A stretch of 64,000 nucleotides of DNA. Source: Gemmatimonadaceae bacterium. Lineage in GTDB: Bacteria > Gemmatimonadota > Gemmatimonadetes > Gemmatimonadales > Gemmatimonadaceae. The notes beneath the pieces were generated by a model. The model saw only the letters and a program-made list of their open reading frames with translations, was not told the DNA's origin and made no database searches. How positions within the stretch are numbered: position 1 is the first letter of the stretch; each line of letters opens with the position of its first letter. Both the position numbers and the translations under genes were made by a program. The stretch is from positions 64,645-128,644 of the forward strand of contig JALHNZ010000003.1 in NCBI GenBank assembly GCA_022843265.1. Reading direction: 5' to 3'. Positions 34,943-43,702 of the stretch are shown piece after piece.

Positions 34943-36247
34943 CTAGAGCATTGAGGACAGCAGCGTGGCAATCCCCAGAAAACTCGCGAAACCCACGATA
35001 TCAGTCACCGTGGTCAGAATAATTGACGAAGACTGCGCCGGATCCTGACCGACTTTGGTGAGACCCGTTGGTACGAGAACGCCAGCCACTCCTGCTGCGG
35101 CCATTGAGATCACCATCGACGCGCCGATCACCAGCGCGAGCCCCACAGAGCGGCTCCAGATCCACACCGCTGCCGACGTGGTGAGCGCGACGGCCACGCC
35201 ATTGAACAAGGCCACGCTCGCTTCCTTGCGCACGACACTCAACCACTGGCCAATGCGAATCTCACGCATGGCCAGGCCGCGCATTGTGACCGCGAGTGCC
35301 TGCGCGCCCGTGTTGCCCGATTGCCCGGCGACCACGGGCAACAACACAGCGAGAGCCGTGAATCGCGCGATCGTGTCTTCGAACACGCCCACCACCGACG
35401 CGGCAAGAAACGCCGTGAGCAAGTTGATCTGCAGCCACGGCAATCGTTTGCGCACGGCGAAGGAGACAGGTGACAGGGCACGTTCTTCGCGGTTGACGCC
35501 AACCATGGTGAGCATGTCCGCCGCGACGTCTTCCTGCGCGGTGAGTGCGAGCGTGTCATAACTCACCACACCAATCAGTCGGCCCTCAAAATCCACCACG
35601 GGCAGGCTTGTCAGTCGCCCTTTGGTGAAATGCTCAACCACTTCATCCTGCGGATCAATCGCCTGCACGGAGACCGATGGCTGCACCAGTGTTTCAACCA
35701 GCGTATCCGGATCGGCGAGCGCCAAGCGCTGCAGCGACACGGTACCTGTGAGAAAGCCATCGTTGTCAGTGAAAAACACGTCCGCCATGCGCTGTGTGCG
35801 GCCGGCTCGCAATCGCGTGAGTGCCTGCTGCGCGGTCGTACCAGGTGTCACGCCAATCGCGCGTGGATCCATGAGGCGACCGGCTGTTTCCGGCGGATAC
35901 TCGGCGATCATGCGAAGCTCACGAGTAAGGCCGGGCTCCAGTTGTGCAAGCAGCGCAGCACGCGGCTGCTTCTCAAGCCAGGCGAGCAGCGCCACCACGC
36001 GCACCGGATCCATCGCGCTCACCAGATTGCGACGCGCGTCTTCAGGCAGCAACAGCAGCACGTCCGCAGCAATTCGCGGCTCGAGTCGCTCCATGAGCGC
36101 AATGGCGTGACGCAGCGGTTCAGCGCGCACCAGTCGCGCGATTTCCTTGACGGGTAAATCATCGAGACGACGCGTCGCTTCGTCGGGGAACTCTCGCAGG
36201 AACGTCCGCGCCAACTTCTCGAAACCCGCGGCGGCGTCATTCTTCAC
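34943..36247 (-). CDS. mgtE: Magnesium transporter MgtE
   Basis: ORF 34943..36535. The part upstream of 36247 overlaps the preceding gene in another frame, so I chose GTG at 36245-36247. The product has an MgtE N-domain (LLLLPEDARRNLVSAMDP), a CBS pair, and a C-terminal TM domain with GNTGAQA and ..DIVGFASFLGIATLL. Confidence 0.85.
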   Translation of the reverse strand: MKNDAAAGFEKLARTFLREFPDEATRRLDDLPVKEIARLVRAEPLRHAIALMERLEPRIAADVLLLLPEDARRNLVSAMDPVRVVALLAWLEKQPRAALLAQLEPGLTRELRMIAEYPPETAGRLMDPRAIGVTPGTTAQQALTRLRAGRTQRMADVFFTDNDGFLTGTVSLQRLALADPDTLVETLVQPSVSVQAIDPQDEVVEHFTKGRLTSLPVVDFEGRLIGVVSYDTLALTAQEDVAADMLTMVGVNREERALSPVSFAVRKRLPWLQINLLTAFLAASVVGVFEDTIARFTALAVLLPVVAGQSGNTGAQALAVTMRGLAMREIRIGQWLSVVRKEASVALFNGVAVALTTSAAVWIWSRSVGLALVIGASMVISMAAAGVAGVLVPTGLTKVGQDPAQSSSIILTTVTDIVGFASFLGIATLLSSML

Positions 36248-37145
36248 GTTCTGTCTCTGTCTCTGTCTCTGGCTCTGGCTCTGGCTCGCTGGCCGTGGGA
36301 CGTGACAGGTCCCGATTCGGCAGCGCCGTTGCTGACAGACCGGCCACCATGCCACTGGTGCCAAGCTGGAAGAGTTCGGCCAACGCGCCAGCCGTGACAT
36401 TCGCCGGTGCAGGACCGGTCTTGTTTGCTTCTCGCTCGAGCCGACGAAGCGTTTGATAGCGAATCGCCCCCAACAGCCGATCGTCGTCGTCCACGACAGG
36501 CAGCGCATGAAAGCGCTGCCATCCCGCATGGTCACGCACGAGCGCGACCGGCGCGTTCACGTGTACACGATCAACCTCGCGATGCATTGACACGCTCAGC
36601 GGCTCGCGCGCTCGTGCCAGCATCAGCTCCGGAATATCGAGCACGCCAACGAGGCGTTGCTCGCGGTCCACAACGTACACGTAGTAAAGCAGATCGCGTG
36701 CGGCGCGAACCAGCCGTGAACGCGCGTCTGCCACAATCACATCGTCAGGCAAACGGAAGATCGACGGGTCCATGATTGCGCCTGCCGTGCCGATCTCATA
36801 CGGCAGCATGCGCACAATCGGATCGCGCACGCTGATCGGAAGCGCATCAAGCACTGGACTCCGGTCATCTGGCATCATGACCCGCACGATACTGGCGGCA
36901 TCGTCAATCGTAAGCTCTGCAATCACGGCAGACGCCGCAGTTGCCCGGCCTGCTTTTGCGAGATAGCTCAGGCATTCCGCCGCGTACGGAATGTTCATGT
37001 CGTGCAGCACCTTCGCGGACACGGCTGCGGGCATTTCGTGCAACACGGCGGCCGCGTGCGCGACAGGCATGCGTTCGAGCGTCATGGCGGCGCGCGCCGA
37101 GTGCGTCTCGAGAAACGCGCGGGCCAACCGGCGTTCGGCAATCAT
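36237..37145 (-). CDS. Soluble MgtE-like sensor-domain protein (MgtE N-domain plus CBS pair, no TM domain)
   Basis: 302 aa with an MgtE_N-like helical region (AAVLHEMPAAVSAKVLHDM). The CBS-pair-like region is GAIMDPSIFRLPDDVIVADA..VYVVDREQRLVGVLDI..ALPVVDDDDRLLGAIRY. It ends in an acidic tail SEPEPEPETETETEREE and has no hydrophobic segments. Confidence 0.65.
   Translation of the reverse strand: MIAERRLARAFLETHSARAAMTLERMPVAHAAAVLHEMPAAVSAKVLHDMNIPYAAECLSYLAKAGRATAASAVIAELTIDDAASIVRVMMPDDRSPVLDALPISVRDPIVRMLPYEIGTAGAIMDPSIFRLPDDVIVADARSRLVRAARDLLYYVYVVDREQRLVGVLDIPELMLARAREPLSVSMHREVDRVHVNAPVALVRDHAGWQRFHALPVVDDDDRLLGAIRYQTLRRLEREANKTGPAPANVTAGALAELFQLGTSGMVAGLSATALPNRDLSRPTASEPEPEPETETETEREE
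36251..36286. repeat. Hexanucleotide tandem repeat (CTGTCT)x3 (CTGGCT)x3
   Basis: Read directly: ctgtct x3 at 36251-36268 and ctggct x3 at 36269-36286. It encodes the EPEPEPETETET tail of the upstream gene. It sits immediately 5' of the proposed mgtE GTG start on the coding strand. Confidence 0.9.
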
Positions 37146-37972
37146 GCGGGCTCTCGTTTGATGAGCAACATCGCCGGCATCTCACTGAACTGCTTGGCTG
37201 GTACAATCATTCGTCCGTCCGGCACATCAAGCACGACCGTGGTCGCAGTGAGTTCGGCGATCACCCCTTCCACGTCACCAATGCGCACCGACTGCCCGAC
37301 CTCGAACGATTTTCGGAGATAGTGTGATCCGATAATGTTGGCGATCGCGGTGCGTGCACCGAGTCCGAAGGCGAGTGCAAATCCACCGAGCAGCGCCGCG
37401 AGTGCCACGGAGAAGAACGCGGTGAGTATGGCGATGTCGACACCGAGCTCGCCCATCGCAATCAGCACGGCCGACGTGACGATGCCAATGCGCACCAACT
37501 GGCCTAGTCCCAAACCGAACGAACTGCCGGCGCCGCTCGCGGTGGCCGTGATCGCACCGCGCACCAGACTGCCAACCACCAGACCAACAATCAGGATCAA
37601 CGCGGCCGCGAACACGCGCGGCACAAAGAGCGAGAAGCTGGCCACGACAGACGTAAGCAGCGGCAGCCCGAGTGCATCGGCGGCGGTGGCAATGAAAAAC
37701 AGCAGCACACCCCAGAACACCACACCGCCGATGATGTTGCCGACTGGCCGTTCGCGTGCGATACCACCGAACGATGTGCGGAACGCACGCCCGGGCACCG
37801 CGCGCTCGATGGCATTGACAATGCGCACGGCCAGCATGCGACCAAGGAATGCGAGCAGCACACCGAGTGTGAGCAACACGGCGGCGGCCACGATGCGCGG
37901 TTGATTGGTGGCCAGCCACTGTCCCACGTCGCTGGCCGACTGCTGCACGTCATCGACGATTGCCGCTTGCAA
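37142..37972 (-). CDS. CmpX-like / MscS-family mechanosensitive channel-related membrane protein
   Basis: 276 aa with repeated conserved-TM-helix-type segments. The C-terminal beta-domain is FEVGQSVRIGDVEGVIAELTATTVVLDVPDGRMIVPAKQF. The stop overlaps the next ATG by 4 nt. Confidence 0.65.
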   Translation of the reverse strand: MQAAIVDDVQQSASDVGQWLATNQPRIVAAAVLLTLGVLLAFLGRMLAVRIVNAIERAVPGRAFRTSFGGIARERPVGNIIGGVVFWGVLLFFIATAADALGLPLLTSVVASFSLFVPRVFAAALILIVGLVVGSLVRGAITATASGAGSSFGLGLGQLVRIGIVTSAVLIAMGELGVDIAILTAFFSVALAALLGGFALAFGLGARTAIANIIGSHYLRKSFEVGQSVRIGDVEGVIAELTATTVVLDVPDGRMIVPAKQFSEMPAMLLIKREPA

Positions 37973-37992
37973 CTGAGTGTCCTCCCGTTTCG

Positions 37993-40263
37993 CTACTTCA
38001 GAATCGCAATCGCCCGCTCGAGCAACTCATCGCGTCCGGCACGAATGCCCGCCAGCGATGGCTCAAGCGGAATGTCGGGCCCCACACCACGCATGTGAAA
38101 CGGCGCCGTGCCATCGTGACGCGTCACGCGCATGCCCGTAAAGATGATCGAGAAGCCGCCCGGAACCGTGAAGTCGGTGATGTTTCCGTTGGCGCCCGCC
38201 GTAGTGCTGCCAATGATTGTGCCGAGTTTGTGGTCGCGAACATAACCCATCACAGATTCGGCGTAGCTGATGGCGCCTCCGTTGGTCAGGAACACACGCT
38301 GGCCGCCAATGTGTGGTGTGGACGGCTGGACATTCCAGCTCAGACTCATCCAGGTTGCGACCTCTCCGAACGGCCGAGTCATTCGTGCGATGTGCATCCA
38401 GCGATCGGTGGGTGCTTCTGCTTCGCGCATGAGGTACGGCAACACGGCCGCGCCGGCGTCTGTTGGATAGCCGCGCAAATCAAACACCACGCCTCGCGCT
38501 TTCGACAGCGTTGCGAGCATCGGGCCGAGCTGCGCGGCGCGAATGCGCGTGATATCAACGTACCAGATACCCGGCTGCAGCTCCGCGATGCTATCGGGAC
38601 GCGGCTCCACAGCGCGTGCGGCACTCGTCTCGCATCGCACGTTCGCAACGCGCGTGTCACCGTTGGGTGACTGAATGTTGAGCGAGACCGTGGCATTGGG
38701 GCTGCACAACGTCATAGCGCTCGCGGCGCGCGACTGCCGCCACTGCGGCGTGCCCGACGAGTGCTGCATTTCTTTATCCAGGCGCGCGGTTGCCGACTCG
38801 CCATCGATCGTCTTCACAATCGAGCCCACGCGGACGTCATCATTACGGCTCGCGATCACGACCAGCTGATTGTTGAGCACGCGAAACTGGAGAGGAAGCA
38901 GCGCGACATTCGCTCGCACCGCCACATCGTTCACATTGCCGTGACCATCGCGAATATCGGCCACAAGCAGGCGCAGCGCATCACGTCGCGCTTCACGTGA
39001 CTCGGCGGTGGTGAGCGCGGTCGTGAGATGCGGCAGCAAACGATCGTTCCAGTTCACTCCGATATCCGCCCAGTAAGGATAGAAGTGGCGGAACACATTC
39101 CATGCGACGACGGCATCCGCTAACCGAACGTCGATATCGTTCCGTGCTGCCGGATTGGCGACGCTGGCGAGTGTGGCACGCAGACTTGCAAGCTGCGCGG
39201 ACTCGGTGCGTGCCTCGGCATCGGTGAGCGACAAACGCACCCGCGCCGTCAGGCCGCGCGTAAGTTCGACCGTTGCAAACGCACCAGCAATCGGCGTGTT
39301 GAACCCATCGGTGGCCCTGGCCGGTGATTCCGGGCGCGCCGTTGCTGTGGATGACGCAATGCGCAGATAGCGCTCTCCGTCAGCAGCGCCGCCGCTCACT
39401 CGTGAGAATGCCGTGGGTGAACTCTGGCTCCACGTCGGGGCACCCGTTGCGGGCGCTTCAAAACTGGCGTCGCGAATATCGAGCGGGCCCCATGGTCCGC
39501 CATTTTCGCGCACGGAGAGTTCCACCGCGTCAACGTCCATCGTCATGTCGCCCACCATCAGCGCGCCGAACACAATGCGCGTTGCGTCGGACGCGATAGG
39601 TCCTTCAATCACATACTCGCGCCACGCCGTATCGCGCACGGGTCGGTCCTGCATGTTGTCGAAAAAGCCCATCGCCCCGCCGGTGCGGTCGACACGTAAC
39701 CAGAGACCACCCGACCCCAGTGATTCCCGGTTGCCGACACGAACGCGCGCGCGCAACCGCACCGATTTGCCACGCAACGAATCGGCGGCGACTGACTGCG
39801 TGAGAATGGCCGGCGCCGCTGGTGCCGCCGCCATGCGCGTGACGCGATTCATTCGCGTGGCGGCGTACGCACCCCCCGGCATGTTGGTCAGCGCCGCTCC
39901 CTGATAGTGCCACGCGATCAAACTCGTGTCCCGCTGCGTGCCCTGCGCACGTGCCGGTAGCGATGTGCCGATTTCGATACCCGGCCCCAACGGGACAAAC
40001 AATTCCTTCAGTGTTGCTTCGAGAATGGCCGGAGTACTCGCGGTTCGCACGCGACGCACACCTTCAACGGCGAACCGATTCCAATCGAGCACCGCCGCCG
40101 CATCACTGGGATAAAACCAGCGTGCGACTCCGTACAGGTGTGCAAACGCGGCCACGTTCTGGGTCTCCTGCTGCGCGAAAAGCGGCGTGCTGGTGAGCAC
40201 GGCCACAACAAGTGCACGGCGGGCTCGACGGAGCTGTGTGCGAGTCATTGCAGTCGTCAGCAT
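37993..40263 (-). CDS. S41 family peptidase (tricorn-core / tail-specific protease-like), secreted
   Basis: The signal is ..ALVVAVLTSTPLFAQQ. The C-terminal S41 blocks are VVFDLRGYPTD, VFLTNGGAISYAESV, TIIGSTTAGANG and GVGPDIPL. Confidence 0.7.
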   Translation of the reverse strand: MLTTAMTRTQLRRARRALVVAVLTSTPLFAQQETQNVAAFAHLYGVARWFYPSDAAAVLDWNRFAVEGVRRVRTASTPAILEATLKELFVPLGPGIEIGTSLPARAQGTQRDTSLIAWHYQGAALTNMPGGAYAATRMNRVTRMAAAPAAPAILTQSVAADSLRGKSVRLRARVRVGNRESLGSGGLWLRVDRTGGAMGFFDNMQDRPVRDTAWREYVIEGPIASDATRIVFGALMVGDMTMDVDAVELSVRENGGPWGPLDIRDASFEAPATGAPTWSQSSPTAFSRVSGGAADGERYLRIASSTATARPESPARATDGFNTPIAGAFATVELTRGLTARVRLSLTDAEARTESAQLASLRATLASVANPAARNDIDVRLADAVVAWNVFRHFYPYWADIGVNWNDRLLPHLTTALTTAESREARRDALRLLVADIRDGHGNVNDVAVRANVALLPLQFRVLNNQLVVIASRNDDVRVGSIVKTIDGESATARLDKEMQHSSGTPQWRQSRAASAMTLCSPNATVSLNIQSPNGDTRVANVRCETSAARAVEPRPDSIAELQPGIWYVDITRIRAAQLGPMLATLSKARGVVFDLRGYPTDAGAAVLPYLMREAEAPTDRWMHIARMTRPFGEVATWMSLSWNVQPSTPHIGGQRVFLTNGGAISYAESVMGYVRDHKLGTIIGSTTAGANGNITDFTVPGGFSIIFTGMRVTRHDGTAPFHMRGVGPDIPLEPSLAGIRAGRDELLERAIAILK

Positions 40264-40281
40264 GGAGTTGATTGCGAGCTG

Positions 40282-43200
40282 TTAGTTGTTCGTGGCACGC
40301 GTTGATGCCGCGCATCCTTCGGTCTTTTCACACGTTGCGTCCACCGGCACCAGGCCGAGCCGAGCGAGGTGTGCATTGACGGCGCTGAGATCGTTCTTCA
40401 TCACGGCATCAAGCTCCGTAAGGTACCCTGCCAGCTCATCGCGCAAAATGCCGTAGATCTCCGGCATGTACGTGCCCGGCGGACCGTCGCCACGCTCTGA
40501 CATGGACAACAAGTTTGCCAACCGGTTGTTCACGCGAATCGGATAGTTGAGCGGGTCCTGTCCGCTCTGGTTCTTCACCTGATAAATCTTCTGCTCTACG
40601 TCTGAGGCCTTACGCACGAGCTCGTCCGCGCTGCGCGTGAGCGCACGATCATTTGATTTCGTGAGTCGCTGCGCGACCTGCGCCTTCACGCGACGAATCG
40701 CGATCACGGCCTGATTTGCTTCGGTGGTTTTGTCACGCACCATGCGTCCGAACTGATACTGCTTGTGGAGATCGCTATCGCTGACATCCGCAATCAGCGG
40801 GTTCCGCTGCACTGTGAGCGGTGCGGACATGGTTTGTCCGTCGACTGAGAGACGCATCGTGTAGCGACCCGGCGGCACAACCGGACCATTCAACCCGGCG
40901 CCCCACAAAATCATGCCGGGAAAACCAACGATCGGATCCGTACGCAGGTCCCACGCAAAGCTGTTCAGCCCTGCACGATTGGGTAGCCAGCTGACGCGTC
41001 CGCCGCGACGTCCACCACCTTGTGCTGCCTGCGCCGCCGAGTCTGCGCGCGACGTGTCGATTGAAAACGCGCGCAGCACTGCGCCGGTTGAGTCTGCGAT
41101 TTCGAGACGCGCGCGCGCCGCCGGCTTGGCGAGTGTGTAGCTGATGTTCGCACCATTTGTGGAGCGCAGCGCCGGAGGTGGCGTGAACAGATGATTCGCC
41201 GCGGCATTGAGCGACGGCGTCCATTGACGGAGCGGACCAATGTTGTCGAGAATCCAGAAGCCACGACCATGGGTGCCGATCACCAGCTCATTCGCTTCCA
41301 CAATCAGGTCTGCTACGGGCGTGGATGGCATGTTGAGTGACAAGTCACTCCAACTTGCGCCATCATCGTACGAAATCACCACACCGCGCTGCGTGCCGGC
41401 GTACAGCAAACCGCGACGCGTGGGATCTTCACGCACCACATGCACGTACGCATCTGGCGCGATGCCTTTGGTGATCGTCGTCCACGTGGCTCCGTAATCA
41501 GTGGTGCGAAAAATGTACGGCGCACGATCGTTGAGCAGCGGACGGCGAACCGACACATACGCGGTGCCGTCGTCAAATACCGACGCGTCAATCTGACTCA
41601 CGCGGCCGAAGTCCGGCATGTCGTTGGGCGTCACGTTGGTCCACGTCTTGCCGCCGTCACGCGTGACATGCACCAGACCATCGTCGGATCCCGTCCAGAT
41701 AATGTTGGCGTTTCGCTTGCCGGGTCCAACCGCAAAAATCGTGGCGTACACTTCGGGGCCGTTCATGTCGCCGGTGATCGGTCCGCCGGACGGGCCGAGT
41801 GTAGACGGATCGTGTCGTGTGAGATCAGGGCTGCGGTTGGCCCACGTGAGACCACCGTCGGTGGTGCTCCACAGTCGCTGTGATGAGACGAACAACAGCT
41901 TCGGATCGGCCTGCGAGAAGATGATCGGGAACGTCCACTGCCAGCGTTCACGAATCGCACTCGCCGGTTCGCCTGAATAGAACCACGGATACGGATTGAC
42001 TTCGCGGCTGAATCCCGTGCGACGGTTGTACTTGTCGAGATAACGACCGTTGTTAGTGCCGGCGTAGAACACGTCGACATCCAGCGGATCAGGTGCGATG
42101 TAACCCGGCTCACCACCACCCACCTGATACGACACCGCCATGCCCCCCTGCGTGATGTCCACGTTGCGTGCACTGTCAGTGCGCGCGTTCCGCGCCGCGT
42201 TGAAGCGCGCCAGATTCCAGTCACTCGGCACACACAGCGTGGAGTTGTCTTGCTGCGACGCGCACACGTGAAACGGCTGATGCTTGGTGGTGATCACGTG
42301 ATACCACTGCTCAGTGGAGAAATCCTGCTCAGTGTACGCACCGCCGGTATTCATGGTGACCGTGCCACCACCATCGTTGGCCACGACAAGGTGCGCGGGA
42401 TCGGCCGGATCAATCCACAGATCGTGAAAGTCGCCGTGCGTGCCTTGTCCGATCGATCGCAGCGTTTTGCCGCCGTCGGTTGAGCGAAAGAACGACACGT
42501 TCTGCACGTACACCACATTCGCATCCTGATGATCCGCGAACAGGTGCGTGTAGTAGAATGCGCGCTGACGAATGGAACGGTCGCTGTTCACCAACTCCCA
42601 CGACGCGCCGGCGTCATTGCTGCGAAAGAGCCCGCCGTTTTCATGTTCAATGAGCGCGTACACACGATTCGGATCCGCTGCCGTGACCGCGACACCAATG
42701 CGACCAACCAAACCCTTGGCCGGCAGTCCCTTGTTGCGTGTGAGCTCCTTCCACGTTTCGCCACCGTCGGTGCTCTTGTACAAACCGCTGCCCGGCCCAC
42801 CGCTCGACATCTGATATTCCTTGCGGTAGGCCTCCCACAGTGCCGCGTACATCACATTGGGATTCTTGCGGTCAATGGCGATGTCAACGGCCCCCGTCCT
42901 TGCATCGCGGAACAGCACACGTCGCCAGTTCTTCCCGCCGTCGGTGCTCTTGAACACACCACGTTCAGTGCTCGGCACACTGTACTGACCAAAGGCCGCG
43001 ACAAACACCACGTCGGGATTGGTGGGGTGAATGCGAATCTTCGAGATCGCGTCGACCGAACGAAATCCCATGTGTGTCCATGTTTTGCCCGCGTTGCCGC
43101 TGCGGTACACACCGTCGCCCGGCATGATGTTGCCACGAATGGCCGACTCGCCCATGCCGATGAAGACAACATCGGGATTAGATTCGCTCACGGCCACCGC

Positions 43201-43521
43201 ACCAACAGAGGCGCTGTTGATCTGCCCATCGGTGACGGGCACCCACGTTTGTCCGCTGTCGACCGTCTTCCAGAGGCCACCGCCTGTGGCGCCGAAATAC
43301 GCTTCATTCCGGCGACCGACGACGCCGCTCGCGGCAATCGAGCGTCCGCCCCGACCGGGACCAAGGTTTCGCCAGCGATAGTTGCGCAGCAGCGCCGAGT
43401 CCGGGTCGGCGCGAACTGCCGTCGCCGGAGTCGCGTGCGAGGATTCGGGGAGTCCAGCGGTGCCAGCCCAAAGCGAGGCGGACGCGATGGCAATTGTCAG
43501 AAGGGGACGGATGGCAGTCAT
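40282..43521 (-). CDS. Sortilin/VPS10-like BNR (Asp-box) repeat protein, secreted
   Basis: ORF 40282..43644, ATG 43519-43521. It has at least 10 Asp-box repeats (SxDxGxTW), including VDSGQTW, SGNAGKTW, STDGGKNW, STDGGETW, SNDAGASW, TTDGGLTW, TRDGGKTW, TTDYGATW and YDDGASW. Confidence 0.75.
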   Translation of the reverse strand: MTAIRPLLTIAIASASLWAGTAGLPESSHATPATAVRADPDSALLRNYRWRNLGPGRGGRSIAASGVVGRRNEAYFGATGGGLWKTVDSGQTWVPVTDGQINSASVGAVAVSESNPDVVFIGMGESAIRGNIMPGDGVYRSGNAGKTWTHMGFRSVDAISKIRIHPTNPDVVFVAAFGQYSVPSTERGVFKSTDGGKNWRRVLFRDARTGAVDIAIDRKNPNVMYAALWEAYRKEYQMSSGGPGSGLYKSTDGGETWKELTRNKGLPAKGLVGRIGVAVTAADPNRVYALIEHENGGLFRSNDAGASWELVNSDRSIRQRAFYYTHLFADHQDANVVYVQNVSFFRSTDGGKTLRSIGQGTHGDFHDLWIDPADPAHLVVANDGGGTVTMNTGGAYTEQDFSTEQWYHVITTKHQPFHVCASQQDNSTLCVPSDWNLARFNAARNARTDSARNVDITQGGMAVSYQVGGGEPGYIAPDPLDVDVFYAGTNNGRYLDKYNRRTGFSREVNPYPWFYSGEPASAIRERWQWTFPIIFSQADPKLLFVSSQRLWSTTDGGLTWANRSPDLTRHDPSTLGPSGGPITGDMNGPEVYATIFAVGPGKRNANIIWTGSDDGLVHVTRDGGKTWTNVTPNDMPDFGRVSQIDASVFDDGTAYVSVRRPLLNDRAPYIFRTTDYGATWTTITKGIAPDAYVHVVREDPTRRGLLYAGTQRGVVISYDDGASWSDLSLNMPSTPVADLIVEANELVIGTHGRGFWILDNIGPLRQWTPSLNAAANHLFTPPPALRSTNGANISYTLAKPAARARLEIADSTGAVLRAFSIDTSRADSAAQAAQGGGRRGGRVSWLPNRAGLNSFAWDLRTDPIVGFPGMILWGAGLNGPVVPPGRYTMRLSVDGQTMSAPLTVQRNPLIADVSDSDLHKQYQFGRMVRDKTTEANQAVIAIRRVKAQVAQRLTKSNDRALTRSADELVRKASDVEQKIYQVKNQSGQDPLNYPIRVNNRLANLLSMSERGDGPPGTYMPEIYGILRDELAGYLTELDAVMKNDLSAVNAHLARLGLVPVDATCEKTEGCAASTRATNN

Positions 43522-43702
43522 GACACGACAGGAGGGAGGGCGGGAGGACGGGCCGACACGTTGCAACGGTCCTGACGCCAACCATAGCTCGGCGGTCTGC
43601 TGCAGCGCCAGCGGACGTCGCGTACGGCCACGCTGCTCGCGCACCGCACGAACTCGGCCTATACTCGTGACACCCGATCAAATCCTTGCCCCGGAGTGAA
43701 GT

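Noticed and set aside
36248-36535. N-terminal 96-aa extension of the long mgtE ORF (includes SQSQSQRQRQRQ)
   Set aside because: It overlaps the 3' end of the upstream MgtE-sensor paralogue in another frame and is low-complexity. MgtE homology starts only after the GTG at 36247.
42529-43575. 348-aa plus-strand ORF inside the BNR-repeat gene
   Set aside because: It is antisense to a gene with 10 or more Asp-box repeats and has no motif of its own. The same reasoning applies to 5549..6421, 22968..23945, 49170..50189, 53054..53791 and 57824..58759.
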